Source of the DNA: Dimorphilus gyrociliatus
Taxonomy: Eukaryota > Animalia > Annelida
Direction of reading: 5' to 3'
DNA length: 64,000 nucleotides
Assembly: GCA_904063045.1 (NCBI GenBank)
Contig: CAJFCJ010000007.1
Coordinates: 3,479,404 to 3,543,403 of the forward strand
Shown here: positions 1 through 13,730 of the stretch, one piece after another
Layout of the letters: every line of letters begins with the position of its first letter
How positions within the stretch are numbered: the stretch's first letter is position 1
The notes under the pieces: generated by a model
The model's input: only the letters and a program-made list of their open reading frames with translations
Told to the model about the DNA's origin: nothing
Database searches by the model: none
Position numbers and translations under genes: made by a program

Positions 1-3000
1 AGGTATGGATGAACCACAATTTATCCCAGCTGGACAACTTGAATCAAGCCCAGATACCACTGACAAAGAAAACAACCCATTGACAAACTTGAGACCAAAG
101 AGTGGAAAGGCTTTCGTATTGCCTGTTCCAAAGAAGGACTCTGATGAAAAGAAACCATTTGTCACAGTTGACTTGACACCAACTGATGATACTGCTGCTC
201 CATTTGTTGAGAAGGTACGCTTCCCAGAATCAAACATTGGAAAGGTTACAATCAAGAGATTGGTACCAGCCAGTGAAAAGAATGCTGGACAATATGAAAC
301 TGTTGCTGATAATGAAACACCAACTGGTGATGATAATACAATCAAATTCACAACACCAGTCCGCATGGATAAGATCCAAATCATTTTGGAAGAACCACAA
401 AATGATGATGATACTGAATACAAACTTCATGTTGCTATACATGCCTGCTTCAAGGTTAAAGTAACAACAACAACTCAACCACCAACAACAACAACTACAA
501 CAGCTGCACCAACAACAACTACTGAAGCTACAACAACAACAGCTGCACCAACTACAACAACAACTACAACAGCAGCACCAACAACAACTATGACCACAAC
601 AGCTGCACCAACAACAACTACTGAAGCTACAACTACAATTACTGTTCCATCAACAACTACAGTTACTACAACAACAACTACAACACCAGCACCAACCACA
701 ACTGAAGCTACAACAACAGCACCAACTACAACATCAACAACAGCAGCTCCAACCACAACAAAAACTACTACTACTACCACAGCAGCACCAACAACAACTA
801 CTGTTCAATCTACAACAACAATGTCAGTTAAACCAACTGAGGGTACAACAACAACACCTGCCATTGTTACAACAACAACAACTGCTGAAACAACAACAAC
901 TAAGGTCTGTCCATTCAAAGAGACAATGAAAGATTCAACAATCATTCCAAAGAAACTTATTAAGACAACTCCTGAAGATGGAGAAGATTCAAATGATAAG
1001 GTTCGTTTGGGTAAGGAAGGCTGGATTACAAATGTTCCAACATCCAGTGATCAACCTAAACCAACTGTTGAAATTAAATTGAATCGCCAAGATGATCCTG
1101 AAGATCCCTATGTTGAAAAGGTTATTGTTAAGGGAAATGCTGGCAAGGTATCTATATACAAGAAAACAAGAACAGATGATGATTACACACCAATCCAAAC
1201 TAATGTTGATGTACCAAAAGAAGGTGGAGACATTGTCTTCCCCAAGGTTCAAAAGATCAACACTATCAAGATTGTATTGGAAGAACCTACATTGAATGAA
1301 GATGGAACCCCAGCAAAGAAATACAAGGTCAACATTGGAATCAGTGCTTGTATCTCATACACTGGTAAGTATTAATATTAATTGTTTTCCAACATTTTCT
1401 AATCTAATCAACTTATTTACACTTATAGTTACAACAACAACAACCACACCAACTCCAACAACAACAACAGAAGCAACTACAACTATGGCACCAACAACAA
1501 CAGAAACAACAACAACAACAGCTGCTACAACCACAACTGCTAGAACAACAACTACAACTTCTGCAACAACTACAACAACTGCTATGGTAACAACTACCAC
1601 AACTCCAGCAGAAACAACAACAGTCAAGATCTGTAACTTTGAAGAAGGTATGGATGAACCACAATTTATCCCAGCTGGACAACTTGAATCAAGCCCAGAA
1701 ACCACTGACAAAGAAAACAACCCATTGACAAACTTGAGACCAAAGAGCGGAAAGGCTTTCGTATTGCCTGTTCCAAAGAAGACTCAGATGAAAAGAAACC
1801 ATTTGTCACAGTTGACTTGACACCAACTGATGATACTGCTGCTCCATTTGTTGAGAAGGTACGCTTCCCAGAATCAAACATTGGAAAGGTTACAATCAAG
1901 AGATTGGTACCAGCCAGTGAAAAGAATGCTGGACAATACGAAACTGTTGTTACAAGCCAAAAACTTGATGATGATAATACAATCAAATTCACAACACCAG
2001 TCCGCATGGATAAGATCCAAATCATTTTGGAAGAACCACAAAATGATGATGATACTGAATACAAACTTCATGTTGCTATACATGCTTGCTTCAAGGTTAA
2101 AATAACAACAACAACTCAACCACCAACAACAACAACTACAACAGCTGCACCAACTACAACTACTGAAGCTACAACAACAACAGCAGCACCAACAACAACC
2201 ACTACTCTTCCATCAACTACAACAGTTGTTGTTACAACTCCATCTACAACTATGCAATCAACAACAACAGCTACAACAGCAGCACCAACAACAACAACTG
2301 AAGCTACAACAACAACAGCTGCACCAACTACAACAACAACTACAACAGCAGCACCAACAACAACAACCACTCTTGTATCTACAACAACAATGTCAGTTAA
2401 ACCAACTGAAGGTACAACAACAACACCTGCCGTTATTGAAACAACCACAACTACTGCAGGAACAACAACCAAAATCTGTCCATTCCAAGAGACAATGGAC
2501 AATCCTGCTGTAATTGGTCAAGGCCAAATCAAGACTAGCCCATCTGAAGAAGGTTCAAATGATAAGGTTCGTTTGGACAAGGAAGGATGGACACCAAAGG
2601 TTCCAACCAGCTCAACTGAAGAAAAACCATATGTTGATATTGACCTCGATGTGGTGATGACAGTAATGAACCATATGTTGAAAAGGTCATTATTAAGGGC
2701 AATACTCAGATAGTATCAGTATACAAAAAGAATGTCAATGATGATGATTGGACTGGAATTGTTGAAGATGTTGAAGTTAAGGAAAATGGAGAAGTTGTCT
2801 TCCCCACAGTTGTAAAGGCCGATTCTATAAGAATTGTACTTGTTAAACCTGAAGATAATGAGGATGGTTCTCCAGTAACTAACTACAGAGTTAATGTTGG
2901 AGTACATGCTTGTATCACACCAACTAGTAAGTAGTCAATTGTGCTCAAAATTTTCTTTTCATTTGTTAAAGAACAAACATTTAATTTTTAAATTTTTTCA

Positions 3001-6000
3001 GTGACTACAACAACATCAGCTCCAACAACAACTATGACTACAACTACACCTGTAGCTACAACAACAACAGAAGCTACTACAACAGCAGCTCCTACAACAA
3101 CAACTACTACAACAGCTGCTCCAACAACTACAGCTGTACAACAACAGAAGCTACAACAACAACAACAATGAAACCAACTGAAAGTACAACTTTGAGTACA
3201 ACAACTACTACTAGCACAACAACAACAACAACTGCTATGGTAACAACTACCACAACTCCAGCAGAAACAACAACAGTCAAGATCTGTAACTTGAAGAAGG
3301 TATGGATGAACCACAATTATCCCAGCTGGACAACTTGAATCAAGCCCAGATACCACTGACAAAGAAAACAACCCATTGACAAACTTGAGACCAAAGAGTG
3401 GAAAGGCTTTCGTATTGCCTGTTCCAAAGAAGGACTCTGATGAAAAGAAACCATTGTCACAGTTGACTTGACACCAACTGATGATACTGCTGCTCCATTT
3501 GTTGAGAAGGTACGCTTCCCAGAATCAAACATTGGAAAGGTTACAATCAAGAGATTGGTACCAGCCAGTGAAAAGAATGCTGGACAATATGAAACTGTTG
3601 CTGATAATGAAACACCAACTGGTGATGATAATACAATCAAATTCACAACACCAGTCCGCATGGATAAGATCCAAATCATTTGGAAGAACCACAAAATGAT
3701 GATGATACTGAATACAAACTTCATGTTGCTATACATGCCTGCTTCAAGGTTAAAGTAACAACAACAACTCAACCACCAACAACAACAACTACAACAGCTG
3801 CACCAACAACAACTACTGAAGCTACAACAACAACAGCTGCACCAACTACAACAACAACTACAACAGCAGCACCAACAACAACTATGACCACAACAGCTGC
3901 ACCAACAACAACTACTGAAGCTACAACTACAATTACTGTTCCATCAACAACTACAGTTACTACAACAACAACTACAACACCAGCACCAACCACAACTGAA
4001 GCTACAACAACAGCACCAACTACAACATCAACAACAGCAGCTCCAACCACAACAAAAACTACTACTACTACCACAGCAGCACCAACAACAACTACTGTTC
4101 AATCTACAACAACAATGTCAGTTAAACCAACTGAGGGTACAACAACAACACCTGCCATTGTTACAACAACAACAACTGCTGAAACAACAACAACTAAGGT
4201 CTGTCCATTCAAAGAGACAATGAAAGATTCAACAATCATTCCAAAGAAACTTATTAAGACAACTCCTGAAGATGGAGAAGATTCAAATGATAAGGTTCGT
4301 TTGGGTAAGGAAGGCTGGATTACAAAATGTTCCAACATCCAGTGATCAACCTAAACCAACTGTTGAAATTAAATTGAATCGCCAAGATGATCCTGAAGAT
4401 CCCTATGTTGAAAAGGTTATTGTTAAGGGAAATGCTGGCAAGGTATCTATATACAAGGAAAACAAGAACAGATGATGATTACACACCAATCCAAACTAAT
4501 GTTGATGTACCAAAAGAAGGTGGAGACATTGTCTTCCCAAGGTTCAAAAGATCAACACTATCAAGATTGTATTGGAGAACCTACATTGAATGAAGATGGA
4601 ACCCCAGCAAAGAAATACAAGGTCAACATTGGAATCAGTGCTTGTATCTCATACACTGGTAAGTATTAATATTAATTGTTTTCCAACATTTTCTAATCTA
4701 ATCAACTTATTTACACTTATAGTTACAACAACAACAACCACACCAACTCCAACAACAACAACAGAAGCAACTACAACTATGGCACCAACAACAACAGAAA
4801 CAACAACAACAACAGCTGCTACAACCACAACTGCTAGAACAACAACTACAACTTCTGCAACAACTACAACAACTGCTATGGTAACAACTACCACAACTCC
4901 AGCAGAAACAACAACAGTCAAGATCTGTAACTTTGAAGAAGGTATGGATGAACCACAATTTATCCCAGCTGGACAACTTGAATCAAGCCCAGAAACCACT
5001 GACAAAGAAAACAACCCATTGACAAACTTGAGACCAAAGAGCGGAAAGGCTTTCGTATTGCCTGTTCCAAAGAAGGACTCAGATGAAAAGAAACCATTTG
5101 TCACAGTTGACTTGACACCAACTGATGATACTGCTGCTCCATTTGTTGAGAAGGTACGCTTCCCAGAATCAAACATTGGAAAGGTTACAATCAAGAGATT
5201 GGTACCAGCCAGTGAAAAGAATGCTGGACAATACGAAACTGTTGTTACAAGCCAAAAACTTGATGATGATAATACAATCAAATTCACAACACCAGTCCGC
5301 ATGGATAAGATCCAAATCATTTTGGAAGAACCACAAAATGATGATGATACTGAATACAAACTTCATGTTGCTATACATGCTTGCTTCAAGGTTAAAATAA
5401 CAACAACAACTCAACCACCAACAACAACAACTACAAACAGCTGCACCAACTACAACTACTGAAGCTACAACAACAACAGCAGCACCAACAACAACCACTA
5501 CTCTTCCATCAACTACAACAGTTGTTGTTACAACTCCATCTACAACTATGCAATCAACAACAACAGCTACAACAGCAGCACCAACAACAACAACTGAAGC
5601 TACAACAACAACAGCTGCACCAACTACAACAACAACTACAACAGCAGCACCAACAACAACAACCACTCTTGTATCTACAACAACAATGTCAGTTAAACCA
5701 ACTGAAGGTACAACAACAACACCTGCCGTTATTGAAACAACCACAACTACTGCAGGAACAACAACCAAAATCTGTCCATTCCAAGAGACAATGGACAATC
5801 CTGCTGTAATTGGTCAAGGCCAAATCAAGACTAGCCCATCTGAAGAAGGTTCAAATGATAAGGTTCGTTTGGACAAGGAAGGATGGACACCCAAAGTTCC
5901 AACCAGCTCAACTGAAGAAAAACCATATGTTGATATTGACCTCGATGTTGGTGATGACAGTAATGAACCATATGTTGAAAAGGTCATTATTAAGGGCAAT

Positions 6001-9000
6001 ACTCAGATAGTATCAGTATACAAAAAGAATGTCAATGATGATGATTGGACTGGAATTGTTGAAGATGTTGAAGTTAAGGAAAATGGAGAAGTTGTCTTCC
6101 CCACAGTTGTAAAGGCCGATTCTATAAGAATTGTACTTGTTAAACCTGAAGATAATGAGGATGGTTCTCCAGTAACTAACTACAGAGTTAATGTTGGAGT
6201 ACATGCTTGTATCACACCAACTAGTAAGTAGTCAATTGTGCTCAAAATTTTCTTTTCATTTGTTAAAGAACAAACATTTAATTTTTAAATTTTTTTCAGT
6301 GACTACAACAACATCAGCTCCAACAACAACTATGACTACAACTACACCTGTAGCTACAACAACAACAGAAGCTACTACAACAGCAGCTCCTACAACAACA
6401 ACTACTACAACAGCTGCTCCAACAACTACAGCTGGTACAACAACAGAAGCTACAACAACAACAACAATGAAACCAACTGAAAGTACAACTTTGAGTACAA
6501 CAACTACTACTAGCACAACAACAACAACAACTGCTATGGTAACAACTACCACAACTCCAGCAGAAACAACAACAGTCAAGATCTGTAACTTTGAAGAAGG
6601 TATGGATGAACCACAATTTATCCCAGCTGGACAACTTGAATCAAGCCCAGATACCACTGACAAAGAAAACAACCCATTGACAAACTTGAGACCAAAGAGT
6701 GGAAAGGCTTTCGTATTGCCTGTTCCAAAGAAGGACTCTGATGAAAAGAAACCATTTGTCACAGTTGACTTGACACCAACTGATGATACTGCTGCTCCAT
6801 TTGTTGAGAAGGTACGCTTCCCAGAATCAAACATTGGAAAGGTTACAATCAAGAGATTGGTACCAGCCAGTGAAAAGAATGCTGGACAATATGAAACTGT
6901 TGCTGATAATGAAACACCAACTGGTGATGATAATACAATCAAATTCACAACACCAGTCCGCATGGATAAGATCCAAATCATTTTGGAAGAACCACAAAAT
7001 GATGATGATACTGAATACAAACTTCATGTTGCTATACATGCCTGCTTCAAGGTTAAAGTAACAACAACAACTCAACCACCAACAACAACAACTACAACAG
7101 CTGCACCAACAACAACTACTGAAGCTACAACAACAACAGCTGCACCAACTACAACAACAACTACAACAGCAGCACCAACAACAACTATGACCACAACAGC
7201 TGCACCAACAACAACTACTGAAGCTACAACTACAATTACTGTTCCATCAACAACTACAGTTACTACAACAACAACTACAACACCAGCACCAACCACAACT
7301 GAAGCTACAACAACAGCACCAACTACAACATCAACAACAGCAGCTCCAACCACAACAAAAACTACTACTACTACCACAGCAGCACCAACAACAACTACTG
7401 TTCAATCTACAACAACAATGTCAGTTAAACCAACTGAGGGTACAACAACAACACCTGCCATTGTTACAACAACAACAACTGCTGAAACAACAACAACTAA
7501 GGTCTGTCCATTCAAAGAGACAATGAAAGATTCAACAATCATTCCAAAGAAACTTATTAAGACAACTCCTGAAGATGGAGAAGATTCAAATGATAAGGTT
7601 CGTTTGGGTAAGGAAGGCTGGATTACAAATGTTCCAACATCCAGTGATCAACCTAAACCAACTGTTGAAATTAAATTGAATCGCCAAGATGATCCTGAAG
7701 ATCCCTATGTTGAAAAGGTTATTGTTAAGGGAATGCTGGCAAGGTATCTATATACAAGAAAACAAGAACAGATGATGATTACACACCAATCCAAACTAAT
7801 GTTGATGTACCAAAAGAAGGTGGAGACATTGTCTTCCCAAGGTTCAAAAGATCAACACTATCAAGATTGTATTGGAAGAACCTACATTGAATGAAGATGG
7901 AACCCAGCAAAGAAATACAAGGTCAACATTGGAATCAGTGCTTGTATCTCATACACTGGTAAGTATTAATATTAATTGTTTTCCAACATTTTCTAATCTA
8001 ATCAACTTATTTACACTTATAGTTACAACAACAACAACCACACCAACTCCAACAACAACAACAGAAGCAACTACAACTATGGCACCAACAACAACAGAAA
8101 CAACAACAACAACAGCTGCTACAACCACAACTGCTAGAACAACAACTACAACTTCTGCAACAACTACAACAACTGCTATGGTAACAACTACCACAACTCC
8201 AGCAGAAACAACAACAGTCAAGATCTGTAACTTTGAAGAAGGTATGGATGAACCACAATTTATCCCAGCTGGACAACTTGAATCAAGCCCAGAAACCACT
8301 GACAAAGAAAACAACCCATTGACAAACTTGAGACCAAAGAGCGGAAAGGCTTTCGTATTGCCTGTTCCAAAGAAGGACTCAGATGAAAAGAAACCATTTG
8401 TCACAGTTGACTTGACACCAACTGATGATACTGCTGCTCCATTTGTTGAGAAGGTACGCTTCCCAGAATCAAACATTGGAAAGGTTACAATCAAGAGATT
8501 GGTACCAGCCAGTGAAAAGAATGCTGGACAATACGAAACTGTTGTTACAAGCCAAAAACTTGATGATGATAATACAATCAAATTCACAACACCAGTCCGC
8601 ATGGATAAGATCCAAATCATTTTGGAAGAACCACAAAATGATGATGATACTGAATACAAACTTCATGTTGCTATACATGCTTGCTTCAAGGTTAAAATAA
8701 CAACAACAACTCAACCACCAACAACAACAACTACAACAGCTGCACCAACTACAACTACTGAAGCTACAACAACAACAGCAGCACCAACAACAACCACTAC
8801 TCTTCCATCAACTACAACAGTTGTTGTTACAACTCCATCTACAACTATGCAATCAACAACAACAGCTACAACAGCAGCACCAACAACAACAACTGAAGCT
8901 ACAACAACAACAGCTGCACCAACTACAACAACAACTACAACAGCAGCACCAACAACAACAACCACTCTTGTATCTACAACAACAATGTCAGTTAAACCAA

Positions 9001-12000
9001 CTGAAGGTACAACAACAACACCTGCCGTTATTGAAACAACCACAACTACTGCAGGAACAACAACCAAAATCTGTCCATTCCAAGAGACAATGGACAATCC
9101 TGCTGTAATTGGTCAAGGCCAAATCAAGACTAGCCCATCTGAAGAAGGTTCAAATGATAAGGTTCGTTTGGACAAGGAAGGATGGACACCAAAGGTTCCA
9201 ACCAGCTCAACTGAAGAAAAACCATATGTTGATATTGACCTCGATGTTGGTGATGACAGTAATGAACCATATGTTGAAAAGGTCATTATTAAGGGCAATA
9301 CTCAGATAGTATCAGTATACAAAAAGAATGTCAATGATGATGATTGGACTGGAATTGTTGAAGATGTTGAAGTTAAGGAAAATGGAGAAGTTGTCTTCCC
9401 CACAGTTGTAAAGGCCGATTCTATAAGAATTGTACTTGTTAAACCTGAAGATAATGAGGATGGTTCTCCAGTAACTAACTACAGAGTTAATGTTGGAGTA
9501 CATGCTTGTATCACACCAACTAGTAAGTAGTCAATTGTGCTCAAAATTTTCTTTTCATTTGTTAAAGAACAAACATTTAATTTTTAAATTTTTTTCAGTG
9601 ACTACAACAACATCAGCTCCAACAACAACTATGACTACAACTACACCTGTAGCTACAACAACAACAGAAGCTACTACAACAGCAGCTCCTACAACAACAA
9701 CTACTACAACAGCTGCTCCAACAACTACAGCTGGTACAACAACAGAAGCTACAACAACAACAACAATGAAACCAACTGAAAGTACAACTTTGAGTACAAC
9801 AACTACTACTAGCACAACAACAACAACAACTGCTATGGTAACAACTACCACAACTCCAGCAGAAACAACAACAGTCAAGATCTGTAACTTTGAAGAAGGT
9901 ATGGATGAACCACAATTTATCCCAGCTGGACAACTTGAATCAAGCCCAGATACCACTGACAAAGAAAACAACCCATTGACAAACTTGAGACCAAAGAGTG
10001 GAAAGGCTTTCGTATTGCCTGTTCCAAAGAAGGACTCTGATGAAAAGAAACCATTTGTCACAGTTGACTTGACACCAACTGATGATACTGCTGCTCCATT
10101 TGTTGAGAAGGTACGCTTCCCAGAATCAAACATTGGAAAGGTTACAATCAAGAGATTGGTACCAGCCAGTGAAAAGAATGCTGGACAATATGAAACTGTT
10201 GCTGATAATGAAACACCAACTGGTGATGATAATACAATCAAATTCACAACACCAGTCCGCATGGATAAGATCCAAATCATTTTGGAAGAACCACAAAATG
10301 ATGATGATACTGAATACAAACTTCATGTTGCTATACATGCCTGCTTCAAGGTTAAAGTAACAACAACAACTCAACCACCAACAACAACAACTACAACAGC
10401 TGCACCAACAACAACTACTGAAGCTACAACAACAACAGCTGCACCAACTACAACAACAACTACAACAGCAGCACCAACAACAACTATACCACAACAGCTG
10501 CACCAACAACAACTACTGAAGCTACAACTACAATTACTGTTCCATCAACAACTACAGTTACTACAACAACAACTACAACACCAGCACCAACCACAACTGA
10601 GCTACAACAACAGCACAACTACAACATCACAACAGCAGCTCCACCACAACAAAAACTACTACTACTACCACAGCAGCACCAACAACAACTACTGTTCAAT
10701 CTACAACAACAATGTCAGTTAAACAACTGAGGGTACAACAACAACACCTGCCATTGTTACAACAACAACAACTGCTGAAACAACAACAACTAAGGTCTGT
10801 CCATTCAAGAGACAATGAAAGATTCAACAATCATTCCAAAGAAACTTATTAAGACAACTCCTGAAGATGGAGAAGATTCAAATGATAAGGTTCGTTTGGG
10901 TAAGGAAGGCTGGATTACAAATGTTCCAACATCCAGTGATCAACCTAAACCAACTGTTGAAATTAAATTGAATCGCCAAGATGATCCTGAAGATCCCATG
11001 TTGAAAAGGTTATTGTTAAGGGAAATGCTGGCAGGTATCTATATACAAGAAACAAGAACAGATGATGATTACACACCAATCCAAACTAATGTTGATGTAC
11101 CAAAAGAAGGTGGAGACATTGTCTTCCCCAAGGTTCAAAAGATCAACCACTATCAAGATTGTATTGGAAGAACTACATTGAATGAAGATGGAACCCAGCA
11201 AAGAAATACAAGGTCAACATTGGAATCAGTGCTTGTATCTCATACACTGGTAAGTATTAATATTAATTGTTTTCCAACATTTTCTAATCTAATCAACTTA
11301 TTTACACTTATAGTTACAACAACAACAACCACACCAACTCCAACAACAACAACAGAAGCAACTACAACTATGCACCAACAACAACAGAAACAACAACAAC
11401 AACAGCTGCTACAACCACAACTGCTAGAACAACAACTACAACTTCTGCAACAACTACAACAACTGCTATGGTAACAACTACCACAACTCCAGCAGAAACA
11501 ACAACAGTCAAGATCTGTAACTTTGAAGAAGGTATGGATGAACCACAATTTATCCCAGCTGGACAACTTGAATCAAGCCCAGAAACCACTGACAAAGAAA
11601 ACAACCCATTGACAAACTTGAGACCAAAGAGCGGAAAGGCTTTCGTATTGCCTGTTCCAAAGAAGGACTCAGATGAAAAGAAACCATTTGTCACAGTTGA
11701 CTTGACACCAACTGATGATACTGCTGCTCCATTTGTTGAGAAGGTACGCTTCCCAGAATCAAACATTGGAAAGGTTACAATCAAGAGATTGGTACCAGCC
11801 AGTGAAAAGAATGCTGGACAATACGAAACTGTTGTTACAAGCCAAAAACTTGATGATGATAATACAATCAAATTCACAACACCAGTCCGCATGGATAAGA
11901 TCCAAATCATTTTGGAAGAACCACAAAATGATGATGATACTGAATACAAACTTCATGTTGCTATACATGCTTGCTTCAAGGTTAAAATAACAACAACAAC

Positions 12001-13730
12001 TCAACCACCAACAACAACAACTACAACAGCTGCACCAACTACAACTACTGAAGCTACAACAACAACAGCAGCACCAACAACAACCACTACTCTTCCATCA
12101 ACTACAACAGTTGTTGTTACAACTCCATCTACAACTATGCAATCAACAACAACAGCTACAACAGCAGCACCAACAACAACAACTGAAGCTACAACAACAA
12201 CAGCTGCACCAACTACAACAACAACTACAACAGCAGCACCAACAACAACAACCACTCTTGTATCTACAACAACAATGTCAGTTAAACCAACTGAAGTACA
12301 ACAACAACACCTGCCGTTATTAAACAACCACAACTACTGCAGGAACAACAACCAAAATCTGTCCATTCCAAGAGACAATGGACAATCCTGCTGTAATTGG
12401 TCAAGGCCAAATCAAGACTAGCCCATCTGAAGAAGGTTCAAATGATAAGGTTCGTTTGGACAAGGAAGGATGGACACCAAAGGTTCCAACCAGCTCAACT
12501 GAAGAAAAACCATATGTTGATATTGACCTCGATGTTGGTGATGACAGTAATGAACCATATGTTGAAAAGGTCATTATTAAGGGCAATACTCAGATAGTAT
12601 CAGTATACAAAAAGAATGTCAATGATGATGATTGGACTGGAATTGTTGAAGATGTTGAAGTTAAGGAAAATGGAGAAGTTGTCTTCCCCACAGTTGTAAA
12701 GGCCGATTCTATAAGAATTGTACTTGTTAAACCTGAAGATAATGAGGATGGTTCTCCAGTAACTAACTACAGAGTTAATGTTGGAGTACATGCTTGTATC
12801 ACACCAACTAGTAAGTAGTCAATTGTGCTCAAAATTTTCTTTTCATTTGTTAAAGAACAAACATTTAATTTTTAAATTTTTTTCAGTGACTACAACAACA
12901 TCAGCTCCAACAACAACTATGACTACAACTACACCTGTAGCTACAACAACAACAGAAGCTACTACAACAGCAGCTCCTACAACAACAACTACTACAACAG
13001 CTGCTCCAACAACTACAGCTGCGTACAACAACAGAAGCTACAACAACAACAACAATGAAACCAACTGAAAGTACAACTTTGAGTACAACAACTACTACTA
13101 GCACAACAACAACAACAACTGCTATGGTAACAACTACCACAACTCCAGCAGAAACAACAACAGTCAAGATCTGTAACTTTGAAGAAGGTATGGATGAACC
13201 ACAATTTATCCCAGCTGGACAACTTGAATCAAGCCAGATACCACTGACAAGAAACAACCCATTGACAAACTTGAGACCAAAGAGTGGAAAGCTTTCGTAT
13301 TGCCTGTTCCAAAGAAGGACTCTGATGAAAAGAAACCATTTGTCACAGTTGACTTGACACCAACTGATGATACTGCTGCTCCATTTGTTGAGAAGGTACG
13401 CTTCCCAGAATCAAACATTGGAAAGGTTACAATCAAGAGATTGGTACCAGCCAGTGAAAAGAATGCTGGACAATATGAAACTGTTGCTGATAATGAAACA
13501 CCAACTGGTGATGATAATACAATCAAATTCACAACACCAGTCCGCATGGATAAGATCCAAATCATTTTGGAAGAACCACAAAATGATGATGATACTGAAT
13601 ACAAACTTCATGTTGCTATACATGCCTGCTTCAAGGTTAAAGTAACAACAACAACTCAACCACCAACAACAACAACTACAACAGCTGCACCAACTACAAC
13701 TACTGAAGCTACAACAACAACAGCTGCAAC
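1..13730 (+). repeat. Intragenic higher-order tandem repeat, unit ~3.29-3.30 kb (2 exons + 2 introns, 4 globular domains), >=4 copies
   Basis: The same exon start recurs at 3002, 6300, 9599 and 12887. Intron sequences are essentially identical between copies. The sequence diverges after ~13730. Confidence 0.97.

Noticed and set aside
1-13730. Mucin repeat as a pseudogene, CRISPR array or satellite
   Set aside because: The units are kilobases long, protein-coding, carry canonical introns and run in frame into an intact 3' end. The indels are private to single copies and error-like.
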